Assembly: GCA_036495225.1 (NCBI GenBank)
Contig: DASXNG010000054.1
Location: forward strand, 1,633 to 65,632
Source of the DNA: Galbitalea sp.
Lineage (GTDB): Bacteria; Actinomycetota; Actinomycetes; Actinomycetales; Microbacteriaceae
DNA: 64,000 nucleotides
Direction of reading: 5' to 3'
Positions 1 through 9,237 of the stretch are shown here, piece after piece (within the stretch, counting starts at the first letter, position 1; each line of letters starts with the position of its first letter). The position numbers and the translations under genes are program-made. The notes below the pieces were generated by a model. It saw nothing but the letters and a program-made list of their open reading frames with translations, did not search any database and was not told where the DNA came from.

Positions 1-619
1 CAGCGCCGGTGTGGACGGACTGACCCCGGATGCGCCCCTCGGCCTCGCGACCGAAATCTGGCCGCACGGGCGGTGGCGTGTCGATCTTCTCGGGCAACAG
101 AATCACGCAGGAACCACTCGGCTCGCCGATCGACGCGACCCGATGTTGGCGCTTGCCCGCGTCATCCTCGAGGTTCGGCGAGCAGCGGAGGCGAACGGCG
201 TACTCGCCACCGTCGGCAAGGTTCGAGTTTCGCCAGGCGCCGTCAACGCGATCGCCGGGACCGCGTCGGCCTGGATCGATGCTCGGGGCGACGCAGAGGC
301 GAGCGTGCGCGCCGCGATCGCCGAGTTGCAACATGACAGCGGTCTCCTCGCGATCGAAGAATCCTGGACGAGTGCGACGGTATTCGACGAACAATTCACC
401 GAAAGTCTCGCCAGCGCGATCGGTGGAGAACTGCCCCGCCTGCCCTCCGGTGCGGGACACGACGCCGGGGTGCTTGCCCTCGCCGGCATCCCGTCGGCCA
501 TGATCCTGGTGCGAAACCCGAGCGGGATCTCGCACGCCCCCGAAGAATTCGCAGAAGAAGATGACGCCGAGCGTGGAGTTGTCGCGCTCGCGGCCGCAAT
601 CCGGAGCCGACTGGCATGA
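1..619 (+). CDS. M20-family amidohydrolase (allantoate amidohydrolase / N-carbamoyl-amino-acid hydrolase-like). C-terminal part only; the 5' end lies outside the window.
   Basis: The open frame runs from the window edge. The C-terminal motif SGAGHDAGVLA...ILVRNPSGISHAPEE is typical of the M20 hydantoinase/carbamoylase family. The stop overlaps the hutF start (ATGA). Confidence 0.7.
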   Translation, partial: SAGVDGLTPDAPLGLATEIWPHGRWRVDLLGQQNHAGTTRLADRRDPMLALARVILEVRRAAEANGVLATVGKVRVSPGAVNAIAGTASAWIDARGDAEASVRAAIAELQHDSGLLAIEESWTSATVFDEQFTESLASAIGGELPRLPSGAGHDAGVLALAGIPSAMILVRNPSGISHAPEEFAEEDDAERGVVALAAAIRSRLA

Positions 620-1917
620 GCGCATTCTGGTGTGAGCACGCGGTCGTGCTTGGGGCTGTCGAACCGGCGGTCCGCATCGAGCATCGGGATGGCGTCATCA
701 CGTCCGTCGAGGTCGACGCACCCCAGCTGCCGGGCGACGTCGTACTGCCGGGCCTCACCCTCCCCGGCCTAGCGAACGGCCATTCGCACGCCTTCCATCG
801 GGCGCTCCGTGGCCGCACCCACGCCGATGGGGGTACCTTCTGGACCTGGCGCGAAACCATGTACCGCGTCGCATCGGCGCTCGACCCGGACAACTACTTC
901 GAACTCGCGACCGCTGTTTTTGCCGAGATGGTTCTTGCCGGCTACACCGTGGTGGGCGAGTTCCACTACGTGCACCACCAGCCGGACGGCACGCCATACC
1001 CAACTGGGCCAGCCATGGAGAATGCCATCGTCGCGGCAGCAGACCGCGCAGGCATCCGTCTCACCCTGCTCGACGCCCTGTACCTTGGCACGGGCGTCGG
1101 CGGCCTGACGCTCGAACCCGAACAGAGCCGATTCGCGGATGCCTCGGTCGCGGCATGGGCGGACCGGCGCGACTCGGTTGCGGTTGGTCCGCTGGCTCGC
1201 CTCGGGGCGGCCATCCATTCGGTTCGCGCCGTGCCACCCGCGCTGATTCGGGAGGTCGGGGCCAGGTCCGTCGGGTTACCGCTGCATGCCCACGTGTCCG
1301 AGCAACCGGCCGAGAACTCCGCGGCGCTGGACGACACCGGTAGAACGCCGACCGAGCTGTTTGCGCCGGTGCTCGGCCCGCACTTCACGGCCGTGCACGC
1401 GACGTATCTCACGGAAGCCGACATCCGGCTCCTCGGCGAAAGCAGAAGCACCGTCTGCTTCTGCCCGACCACCGAGCGCGACCTGGCGGACGGTATAGGC
1501 GGGGCCATCGCGCTGCGCGACTCCGGCGTGAAGCTGAGCCTGGGCAGCGACCAGCACGCGATGATCGACCCGTTCGAAGAACTTCGAGGCCTCGAAATGG
1601 ATGAGCGACTCATCGCAGGCGAACGCGGCCGATTCTCGCCGCCCGAGCTGCTGGTGGCGGCGACAAGCAACGGCTATGCCTCACTCGGCTGGAATGGCGG
1701 CGCGATCACGACGGCCGCGGTGTGCGACCTGGTTGTTGTTGGCACATCCACGCCTCGTACGGCGGGCGCGGCGCTCGACCAGTTGTGGCTGGCCGCTACC
1801 GCCGCCGATGTCTCCACTGTCATCGTGGGTGGTGTCGTTCGCGTTGACAATGGCAGACACCCTCTTGGCGACGTCGGCGAACTGCTGAACGCGGCGATCG
1901 CGAGGCTGCAACCATGA
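616..1917 (+). CDS. hutF: formimidoylglutamate deiminase
   Basis: 433 aa amidohydrolase-superfamily protein with the [19 protein letters not shown] motif. It is translationally coupled (ATGA overlaps) to the M20 gene and to hutI. Confidence 0.8.
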   Translation: MSAFWCEHAVVLGAVEPAVRIEHRDGVITSVEVDAPQLPGDVVLPGLTLPGLANGHSHAFHRALRGRTHADGGTFWTWRETMYRVASALDPDNYFELATAVFAEMVLAGYTVVGEFHYVHHQPDGTPYPTGPAMENAIVAAADRAGIRLTLLDALYLGTGVGGLTLEPEQSRFADASVAAWADRRDSVAVGPLARLGAAIHSVRAVPPALIREVGARSVGLPLHAHVSEQPAENSAALDDTGRTPTELFAPVLGPHFTAVHATYLTEADIRLLGESRSTVCFCPTTERDLADGIGGAIALRDSGVKLSLGSDQHAMIDPFEELRGLEMDERLIAGERGRFSPPELLVAATSNGYASLGWNGGAITTAAVCDLVVVGTSTPRTAGAALDQLWLAATAADVSTVIVGGVVRVDNGRHPLGDVGELLNAAIARLQP

Positions 1918-3053
1918 GATCGACTCTTATTGGCAACATCGGCCTGTTGGTCGCGTCCGATCGTGAAATAGCGGATGCTGCTGTCGTGATCGAGGCGGGG
2001 CGGATCGCCTGGGTCGGATCATCCCGCGACGCCCCGGCCACCGACGACCTGGTCGATGCGGGTGGTCGATGCGTCATTCCGGGGTTCGTCGACAGCCACA
2101 GTCACCTCATGTTTGCTGGGGATCGCGCGGATGAGTTCGAGGCGCGGATGGCCGGGCGCAGGTATGAAGCAGGCGGCATTCGTCGCACGGTCCGCCTCAC
2201 ACGGGAGGCAACGGACGCCGAATTGCTCGCAAATGCCGAGCGAATCCTGGCGGAGATGCGCGCGCAGGGGACGACGACGGTCGAGATCAAGAGCGGTTAT
2301 GGGCTGACCGTGGAGGACGAGAGCCGGGCACTCGCGCTCGCTCACATGATCACGCCAGAAACGACTTATCTCGGCGGGCACGTCGTGCCGATCGAGTTCG
2401 CTGACGACCCTGCCGCGTACGTCGACCTCGTCACTGGCGACATGCTGGATGCTTGCGCCCCGCACGCACGATGGATTGACGTCTTCTGCGAGGCGGGAGC
2501 CTTCGACGTCGACCAGGCTCGCGTCATCCTCACCGCTGGAATCGCGCGCGGTCTCGGGGCACGCATGCACGCTGGGCAGTTGGGGGAGTCCGGCGGCGTT
2601 CGGCTCGCGGTGGAGCTCGGGGCCGCCTCCGTCGATCACTGCACGTTTCTGTCCGGGGCGGATGTCGACGCTCTCGCTGCGGGAAGCACGGTCGCCACCC
2701 TGCTGCCGGGCGTCGAATTCTCGACCCGGCAGCCATACCCGGACGCTCGGCGCCTGATAGACGCTGGCATCGAAGTCGCGCTCGCGACGGACTGCAACCC
2801 GGGCTCGAGCTTCACATCATCCATGCCGTTCTGTATTGCCGTCGCGGTTCGCGACATGGGGATGACACCGGCGGAGGCTCTGTGGTCGGCGACTGCTGGC
2901 GGTGCCGCGGCCCTCCGGCGCGACGACATCGGCAGTATCGCCGTTGGCAAGCGCGCCGACCTCGTGATCCTCGACGCCCCGAGCTATATCCACCTGGCGT
3001 ATCGCCCGGGGGTGCCTCTGGTCCACCGCGTCATCACTCCTGTGGTTGGTTGA
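1914..3053 (+). CDS. hutI: imidazolonepropionase
   Basis: 379 aa with [26 protein letters not shown] and a C-terminal ATDCNPGSS motif, both characteristic of HutI. Confidence 0.9.
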   Translation: MRSTLIGNIGLLVASDREIADAAVVIEAGRIAWVGSSRDAPATDDLVDAGGRCVIPGFVDSHSHLMFAGDRADEFEARMAGRRYEAGGIRRTVRLTREATDAELLANAERILAEMRAQGTTTVEIKSGYGLTVEDESRALALAHMITPETTYLGGHVVPIEFADDPAAYVDLVTGDMLDACAPHARWIDVFCEAGAFDVDQARVILTAGIARGLGARMHAGQLGESGGVRLAVELGAASVDHCTFLSGADVDALAAGSTVATLLPGVEFSTRQPYPDARRLIDAGIEVALATDCNPGSSFTSSMPFCIAVAVRDMGMTPAEALWSATAGGAAALRRDDIGSIAVGKRADLVILDAPSYIHLAYRPGVPLVHRVITPVVG

Positions 3054-3063
3054 GCGCGCTCTT

Positions 3064-3429
3064 GTAGTTGGTTGAGTAGCGCCGCGAAGCGACGCGTAGC
3101 GAAACCGCGGGTTGAGTGTTCCGAAAATCAAAAAAGCCGCCTGGACGGGATGCGTGTGCTCCGGTTTTCGAGAAACTTGGTCGTTTTCGAGGCCGCGTAC
3201 GCCGTTCAACAGGATGATTTCGGTGTTTCGCACGTCCAACAGGAGATTTTCGGCCTTTTTAAGGGTGTCATCCTGCATTCCGGTTGCTCACGAGAGCAGT
3301 CGCGTCGAAAACGACCCAATCTGCTCATAAGCCCATCCGACGGAGACATCCAAGCGGCTTTTTGGTGCTCGGAACACTCAACCCCCGGTTTCGCTACGCG
3401 TCGCTTCGCGGCGCTACTCAACCAACTAC
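3064..3429. mobile_element. MITE-like non-autonomous element, the long form of the TA-GTTGGTTGAGTAGCGC palindromic repeat family
   Basis: Terminal inverted repeats of about 60 bp are near-perfect (gtagttggttgagtagcgccgcgaagcgacgcgtagcgaaacc ... ggtttcgctacgcgtcgcttcgcggcgctactcaaccaactac). They extend imperfectly to about 95 bp (aaaaaagccgc / gcggcttttt). The interior of about 250 bp is AT-richer and has no credible ORF. The element is flanked by TA on both sides. Confidence 0.7.
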
Positions 3430-3436
3430 AAGTGCG

Positions 3437-3490
3437 CGCTCAACCTCGGTTTCGCTACGCGTCGCTGCGCGGCGCTACTCAACCACCTAC
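3437..3490. repeat. solo half-copy (right-arm type) of the same repeat family, directly downstream of the long copy
   Basis: gctcaacctcggtttcgctacgcgtcgctgcgcggcgctactcaaccacctac is near-identical to the right arm at 3375-3429. Confidence 0.65.
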
Positions 3491-3652
3491 AGCCGCGCGG
3501 CAGGCTAGCGATTTCCAGCTTCGCTCGGTAGTCTCACATTTACTTGGGCAATGGAGCCCGAGGCGGCACGACACTCACAAGTGGAGCGCCGCAGATCTCG
3601 TCCTCGCTGCTGGCTACCCGCCGGTCGGGACCGATCACAAGGAGTTGTGACC

Positions 3653-4795
3653 ATGAGCAGTTTCGCCTCGTTTGACACCAATCTCGAAGAGCCCCAGTTC
3701 GCTGAGGTGCCGGGTCCCGATGAGGACCTCGTTCAGCTTCTGACACCGTCAGGCTCTCGCGTATCGCATCCGACTTTGGATCCGTGGATCACCGACATCG
3801 GGTCGTCGGAACTCCTCTCGCTCTACGAAGACCTCGTCGTCGTTCGCCGGATCGACACCGAGGCAACCGCGCTCCAACGACAGGGCCAACTCGGTCTTTG
3901 GCCGCCGCTTCTCGGCCAGGAGGCCGCGCAGATCGGCTCCGCCCGCGCTTTGCGGCGCGACGATTTCGTCTTCACCAGCTACCGCGAAAACGCGGTCGCT
4001 TACTGCCGCGGCGTCAGCCTCGGCGATCTCGCGACGGTGTGGCGCGGCAACGCGCACACCGGCTGGAACCCGTACGAGGTGGGCATGGCCACCCCGTCCG
4101 TCATCATCGGGGCGCAGACCCTTCACGCGACCGGCTACGCGATGGGATGTGTAAAAGACGGTGTGGACTCCGTGGCGATCGCGTACTTCGGCGATGGCGC
4201 CACCAGCCAAGGCGACGTCAATGAGGCGATGATCTTTGCCGCGAGTTTCCACGCCCCGGTGATTTTCTTCTGCCAGAACAACCAGTGGGCGATTTCGGAG
4301 CCGGTCGGCTTGCAGGCGGTTCGAGCCCTCGCCGACCGTTCGCCCGGCTTCGGCATCCCGAGCATGCGGGTCGACGGCAACGACGTTCTCGCGGTGTTGG
4401 CTGCGACGCGGATCGCACTCAACCGTGCTCGCACGGGTGGCGGCCCGACCTTCATCGAGGCCGTCACCTACCGCATGGGCCCGCACACGACATCCGATGA
4501 TCCGACCCGGTACGAGAACCTGCAGGTGCGTTCGGAGTGGGCATCGAAAGATCCACTCGTTCGCGTCGAACGGTATCTCGAGCGCATGGGCGTCCTCGAC
4601 GACGAGGCGCGTGCATCCATCGCACAGAAGTCGAACGACACGGCCGCTCGGCTGCGACAGGCGGTCGTCGGCTTCGAGGATCCGGAGCCCCTTTCCCTCT
4701 TTGACAATGTCTACAGCGAGCCGCACTCCGGGCTCGACCGTCAAAAGCAGCAGTATGCCGCCTACCTCAGCTACATCGAGGGGAGCGTCCGATGA
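3653..4795 (+). CDS. bkdA: branched-chain 2-oxoacid dehydrogenase E1 alpha subunit (TPP-dependent)
   Basis: ATG at 3653 is preceded by AAGGAG. TPP motif YFGDGATSQGDVNEAM. The upstream part of the longer ORF (3551-3652) lacks protein-like composition. Confidence 0.85.
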   Translation: MSSFASFDTNLEEPQFAEVPGPDEDLVQLLTPSGSRVSHPTLDPWITDIGSSELLSLYEDLVVVRRIDTEATALQRQGQLGLWPPLLGQEAAQIGSARALRRDDFVFTSYRENAVAYCRGVSLGDLATVWRGNAHTGWNPYEVGMATPSVIIGAQTLHATGYAMGCVKDGVDSVAIAYFGDGATSQGDVNEAMIFAASFHAPVIFFCQNNQWAISEPVGLQAVRALADRSPGFGIPSMRVDGNDVLAVLAATRIALNRARTGGGPTFIEAVTYRMGPHTTSDDPTRYENLQVRSEWASKDPLVRVERYLERMGVLDDEARASIAQKSNDTAARLRQAVVGFEDPEPLSLFDNVYSEPHSGLDRQKQQYAAYLSYIEGSVR

Positions 4796-5805
4796 GCGAG
4801 CAGCTCACCCTGTCGCGTGCGATCGGCACGGGGTTGCGCAGGGCGCTCGAGGACGACGACCGAGTCATCCTGATCGGCGAGGACATTGGTGCGCTCGGTG
4901 GAGTCTTTCGCGTGACCGACGGACTGCAGCGCGACTTCGGCACGGACCGCGTGATGGATGCGCCGCTCGCCGAGTCTGGCATCGTCGGCACGGCAATCGG
5001 GATGGCGATGCGCGGGTATCGGCCAGTCTGCGAGATCCAGTTCGATGGCTTCATCTTTCCGGCGTTCGACCAGATTGTCGCGCAACTTGGCAAGATGCAC
5101 TTCCGCACGGGAGGCACGGTTACCCTGCCGATCACGATTCGGGTGCCCTTCGGAGGCGGCATCGGTTCGGTCGAGCATCACTCCGAATCGCCAGAAGCCT
5201 ATTTCGCGCACACGCCTGGGCTTCGCGTCGTGAGTTGTGCCAATCCGCAGGACGCGCACACCATGATCCGCCAGGCCATTGCCTGCGACGATCCCGTGTT
5301 GTTCTTCGAGCCGAAGCGTCGGTACTGGGCGAAGGGTGAGGTCGACGAAACCATTGACGAATCCACACTGCCGCTCGATCGTGCGCGGGTCGTTCTCACT
5401 GGAACGGATGTCACGCTCGTCGCATACGGTCCTCTCGTCGCGACGGCTCTGGATGCCGCAGCCGCGGCCGTCGATGACGGCATGTCGATCGAGGTGATTG
5501 ACCTCCGCTCCCTGTCGCCCATCGACTTCGACACTCTCGAGCAATCCGTGTGCAAGACGGGCCGGCTCGTGGTCACGCACGAGGCCCAGCATTTCGGTGG
5601 GCTGGGAGCCGAAATTGCGGCCACGATGACCGATCTCTGCTTCAAGAACCTCAAGGCCGCTCCTCAGCGGGTCACCGGCTTCGACGTGCCGTACCCACCC
5701 GCAAAGCTGGAGGAGCACTTTCTGCCAGATCTCGACCGCATCCTCGATGCCGTCGACCGCGTGATGGGGCGCGAGAACTCACTCACCGGTTGGACCGCAT
5801 CATGA
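4792..5805 (+). CDS. bkdB: branched-chain 2-oxoacid dehydrogenase E1 beta subunit
   Basis: 337 aa transketolase-like pyrimidine-binding and C-terminal domains. ATGA overlaps with both neighbours. Confidence 0.88.
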   Translation: MSEQLTLSRAIGTGLRRALEDDDRVILIGEDIGALGGVFRVTDGLQRDFGTDRVMDAPLAESGIVGTAIGMAMRGYRPVCEIQFDGFIFPAFDQIVAQLGKMHFRTGGTVTLPITIRVPFGGGIGSVEHHSESPEAYFAHTPGLRVVSCANPQDAHTMIRQAIACDDPVLFFEPKRRYWAKGEVDETIDESTLPLDRARVVLTGTDVTLVAYGPLVATALDAAAAAVDDGMSIEVIDLRSLSPIDFDTLEQSVCKTGRLVVTHEAQHFGGLGAEIAATMTDLCFKNLKAAPQRVTGFDVPYPPAKLEEHFLPDLDRILDAVDRVMGRENSLTGWTAS

Positions 5806-6971
5806 CGCGCGACTTTCTGCTCCCCGACCTTGGCGAGGGACTCACCGAATCCGAACTCGTTGCGTGGCACGTCGCGGTCGGGCAACTCGTTGAGCTGAAC
5901 CAGCCGATCGCCGAAGTGGAGACGGCGAAGGCCATCGTGCAGCTACCGTCACCGTTTGCCGGCGTGATCGCGCAACTCTACGTCGAGGAAGGATCAACCG
6001 TCGCTGTCGGAACGCCCATCGTTGCGTTCGAGCTGGATGAGTTGGAACCGACGGTGGTCGAAGATGCCCCGCAGGCGATTGCGGTGGCCGAGGCGGTCGC
6101 GGAGCCAGAGCCGGCCGCTGACGCAGAGCCGGTTCAGGATGTCGCGGACGCTCCAGTCGAACGAAACTCGGTGCTCGTCGGCTACGGCCCGCGCGTTGAG
6201 ACCGGCGTGCGGCCGGAACGCAAGCGGCATTCGGTCCCGGCGAGCGAGCCGGTTATTGCCAAAACGTCAGACGCGCGGCCTCGAGAGACGCGCATTCCCA
6301 TTCGAGGCGTCCGCAAGGCGACGGCCGATGCCATGGTGCGCAGCGCCTTCACCGCACCCCATGTCACGGAATTCCTCACCGTCGATGTGACAGCGACGCT
6401 CGAGCTCATCGAACACCTTCGGGAGAAGTCGAACTCGAAAGTTACGCTCCTTGCGGTCGTCTCGAAGGCACTGTGCATCGCGGTTCGTCGCAACCCGAGC
6501 CTCAATTCCAGCTGGGACGATTCGGCCGGAGAGATCGTTGAGTTCGGCTACGTGAACCTGGGCATCGCGGTTGCGACACCGCGCGGGCTGCTCGTTCCCA
6601 ACATCCGCGATGCCGACGCGATGGGGCTCGCCGAGCTCACAACATCCATCTCGGACCTGGCGGAGACAGCACGCAACGGAACTACGACCGCGGTATCGCT
6701 GACCGGCGGCACCATCTCGATCTCCAACGTCGGCGTTTTCGGAGTTGACGCGGGCACGCCGATCGTGAACCCGGGGGAGGCCGCGATTCTGGCGATGGGG
6801 GCGGTGAGGCGCGAGCCCCGCGAGCACAACGGTGAAATTGCGCTGCGAGACGCGATGACGTTGAGCCTGTCGTTTGATCACCGGTTGGTCGATGGCGAGC
6901 AGGGCTCCAGACTCCTCACGGACATCGGTGCGATTCTGACCAATCCCGGCGTCGTGCTCGCGATGGTTTAG
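5802..6971 (+). CDS. bkdC: dihydrolipoamide acyltransferase E2 component
   Basis: Start MTRDFLLPDLGEGLTE. Lipoyl site VETAKA, an Ala/Pro/Glu linker, and catalytic DHRLVDG. Confidence 0.88.
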   Translation: MTRDFLLPDLGEGLTESELVAWHVAVGQLVELNQPIAEVETAKAIVQLPSPFAGVIAQLYVEEGSTVAVGTPIVAFELDELEPTVVEDAPQAIAVAEAVAEPEPAADAEPVQDVADAPVERNSVLVGYGPRVETGVRPERKRHSVPASEPVIAKTSDARPRETRIPIRGVRKATADAMVRSAFTAPHVTEFLTVDVTATLELIEHLREKSNSKVTLLAVVSKALCIAVRRNPSLNSSWDDSAGEIVEFGYVNLGIAVATPRGLLVPNIRDADAMGLAELTTSISDLAETARNGTTTAVSLTGGTISISNVGVFGVDAGTPIVNPGEAAILAMGAVRREPREHNGEIALRDAMTLSLSFDHRLVDGEQGSRLLTDIGAILTNPGVVLAMV

Positions 6972-7561
6972 CGCGTGGTGAGGGCCGCGAGAGCCATCGA
7001 CTCGAGCAACCCGCGCACGGCTGTTTTGGTCGAGGTGCGCGCGCTGTGCGGGGTCGAGTTGATGAGTCCGAAGGTCGCACGTGCTCTGATGCGCAGTTCT
7101 GCAACCGGCGTGCCGGGGTGGATGTCGCCGAGCACGCCGACCCACGCCTCGATGTAACTGCGCTGCAGTTGGCGCACGGTCGAGCGATTCTCAGGCGCAA
7201 GACTGTCGAGGTCGCGATCCTGCACCACGATGACGTCTGCGTTGGAGAGAGCGAATTCCACGTGGAAGGCGACGAGCGCTTTCAACGCGCTCGCGGCATC
7301 CGAAGCACGGGAAATGACGTCCTCGCCCCCAGTCAGCAGACCCTTTGATGCATCGAGCAGCAGCGCCGCGAGCACCGCCTGCTTGCTGGCGAAATGCCGG
7401 TAGACGGCCGGCCCGCTGACCCCGGCGGCCGCGCCGAGTTCTTCGAGGGAGACGCGGGCGTAGCCGCGTTCGGCGAACAGGGCAGCAGCGGCAGCCAGCA
7501 GCGCGCTGCGACGATCGGCCTTGGCTCGGTCGCGTGAGGTTTGCGTGGCAACGCTCGACAT
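6968..7561 (-). CDS. TetR/AcrR family transcriptional regulator
   Basis: N-terminal HTH: AERGYARVSLEELGAAAGVSGPAVYRHFASKQAVL. Divergent from the carboxylase operon. Confidence 0.85.
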   Translation of the reverse strand: MSSVATQTSRDRAKADRRSALLAAAAALFAERGYARVSLEELGAAAGVSGPAVYRHFASKQAVLAALLLDASKGLLTGGEDVISRASDAASALKALVAFHVEFALSNADVIVVQDRDLDSLAPENRSTVRQLQRSYIEAWVGVLGDIHPGTPVAELRIRARATFGLINSTPHSARTSTKTAVRGLLESMALAALTTR

Positions 7562-7563
7562 TC

Positions 7564-7608
7564 CAGTTAATCTACACTAACCTGAATCCAGTTAGCCACT
7601 ACTAACTG
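7564..7608. promoter_or_regulatory. two tandem palindromic operator candidates in the TetR / mccB divergent intergenic region
   Basis: CAGTTAatctacacTAACCTG (7564-7584) and the perfect CAGTTAgccactacTAACTG (7589-7608). Arms are 6 bp with an 8-nt spacer. Confidence 0.55.
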
Positions 7609-7629
7609 AGGACGTGGAAAGCGCGGTCG

Positions 7630-9237
7630 ATGACGACACTGGGAACACGGGTCCACCCCGCGGACGCGACGTTTCGCGAGAACGACCTGGCACAGCGCGC
7701 CCTCGTCGCGGAGCTGAAAGAGCGTCTCGCGACTACGGCCCTCGGCGGCCCGGAGCGTTCGCGCGAGCGTCATGTCGCGCGGGGAAAACTCCTGCCCCGC
7801 GAACGCATCGACGAGCTCCTGGACGTCGGCAGCCCCTTCCTCGAACTGGCACCCCTCGCAGCCAACGGGCTCTACGACGACGAGGCGCCCTCCGCCGGGC
7901 TCATCGCCGGGGTCGGCATGGTGCACGACCGTCCGGTGCTGGTGATCTCCAACGACGCGACGGTCAAGGGCGGCACGTATTACCCGCTCACAGTGAAGAA
8001 GCACCTCCGTGCCCAGCAGGTCGCCCTCGAAAATCGGCTGCCGTGCATCTACCTCGTCGACTCGGGTGGTGCATATCTGCCCATGCAGGATGAAGTGTTT
8101 CCCGACCATGACGACTTCGGTCGCATCTTCTACAACCAGGCGAGAATGTCGGCCGCGGGCATCCCGCAGATCGCCTCGGTGATGGGGTCGTGTACCGCCG
8201 GTGGCGCTTATGTCCCCGCGATGAGCGACGAAAGCATCATCGTGCGCGGACAGGGAACGATCTTCCTGGGCGGCCCACCTCTGGTCAAGGCGGCAATCGG
8301 CGAGATCGTCACCGCGGAGGAGCTCGGCGGGGGAGACCTGCACGCCCGCGTGTCTGGCGTTGTCGATCATCTCGCGGACGATGACCGCCATGCGCTCGGC
8401 ATTGTTCGTGACATCGTCGCCACCCTCGGGCGACCCGCGGCTCCTGCGTGGGAGGTCATCGAAGCTCGAGAGCCCGTCGTGGACGTTGCCCAGTTGTATG
8501 GCGTCGTGCCGACGGACGTGCAGTCGCCGTACGATGTGCGGGAGGTCATCGCCCGGCTCGTCGACGCGAGCGAATTCGCCGAGTTCAAGAGTGAATACGG
8601 CGCGACCCTGGTGACGGGCTTCGCGCACATCCACGGGCATCCGGTTGGGATCCTCGCAAACAACGGGGTGTTGTTCAGTGAGTCCGCGCAGAAGGGTGCG
8701 CACTTCATCGAACTCTGCGACCAGCGGGGTATCCCGCTCGTATTCCTGCAGAACATCTCGGGTTTCATGGTCGGTCGTGATGCGGAAGCCGGGGGCATCG
8801 CGAAGCACGGTGCAAAGATGGTGACCGCTGTCGCGACCACTCGCGTGCCGAAGCTGACGGTCGTGATCGGCGGATCGTTCGGCGCTGGAAACTACTCGAT
8901 GTGCGGGCGAGCGTATGGTCCGCGATTCCTGTGGATGTGGCCGGCGAGCCGGATCTCGGTCATGGGCGGCCAGCAGGCGGCGTCCGTGCTCTCCACGGTT
9001 CGGCGGGAGCAGCTGGAGGGTCGCGGCGAACAGTGGTCCGCCGACGAGGAGGCCGCGTTCGCCGATCCGATTCGGGAACAGTACGAGACGCAGGGCAGCC
9101 CCTATTACTCGACGGCGCGGCTCTGGGACGACGGCATCATCGACCCGGCTGACACCAGAACCGTGCTCGGGCTCGCGCTCGAACTGTGTGCTGCGACACC
9201 GCTCCCAGCCCCCGCCTTCGGGCTGTTCAGGATGTGA
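7630..9237 (+). CDS. mccB: methylcrotonyl-CoA carboxylase carboxyltransferase (beta) subunit, AccD1-like
   Basis: 535 aa. N-terminus has [32 protein letters not shown], and the protein has a two-lobe carboxyltransferase layout. Confidence 0.85.
   Translation: MTTLGTRVHPADATFRENDLAQRALVAELKERLATTALGGPERSRERHVARGKLLPRERIDELLDVGSPFLELAPLAANGLYDDEAPSAGLIAGVGMVHDRPVLVISNDATVKGGTYYPLTVKKHLRAQQVALENRLPCIYLVDSGGAYLPMQDEVFPDHDDFGRIFYNQARMSAAGIPQIASVMGSCTAGGAYVPAMSDESIIVRGQGTIFLGGPPLVKAAIGEIVTAEELGGGDLHARVSGVVDHLADDDRHALGIVRDIVATLGRPAAPAWEVIEAREPVVDVAQLYGVVPTDVQSPYDVREVIARLVDASEFAEFKSEYGATLVTGFAHIHGHPVGILANNGVLFSESAQKGAHFIELCDQRGIPLVFLQNISGFMVGRDAEAGGIAKHGAKMVTAVATTRVPKLTVVIGGSFGAGNYSMCGRAYGPRFLWMWPASRISVMGGQQAASVLSTVRREQLEGRGEQWSADEEAAFADPIREQYETQGSPYYSTARLWDDGIIDPADTRTVLGLALELCAATPLPAPAFGLFRM

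Noticed and set aside
3072-3650. ORFs 3072-3650 (+), 3112-3330 (+), 3206-3421 (-) and 3284-3508 (+). Two of them begin with the same peptide, MSSAAKRRVAKP.VECSE, on opposite strands.
   Set aside because: The identical peptides come from translating the two arms of an inverted repeat. The region is a non-coding MITE-like element plus the bkdA leader. Composition is not protein-like and there is no RBS.
5550-5801. Upstream extensions of ORFs for bkdC (5550), bkdA (3551), clpX (38565), the sugar-binding protein (43801), the LLM oxidoreductase (55596), paiB (23106), rpiB (21701), the MaoC gene (12025), CopC (to 38794), the DrrA-like ATPase (to 31413) and the anti-sigma candidate (to 49802).
   Set aside because: The extensions overlap the preceding gene or intergenic DNA and encode Arg-rich junk. 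Internal starts give canonical N-termini, RBS sequences or ATGA/GTGA coupling.
7567-8808. Long antisense or shadow ORFs inside well-supported genes. Examples: 7567-8808, 4771-5718, 11219-12313, 14787-16004, 17500-18657, 17717-19006, 19414-20178, 29310-30635, 30926-31948, 40875-41618, 55650-56651 and 60434-61159.
   Set aside because: These are typical stop-codon-poor alternative frames of GC-rich DNA. Their products are Arg/Pro/Gly-rich low-complexity sequences with no motifs, and each overlaps a gene with clear family signatures.
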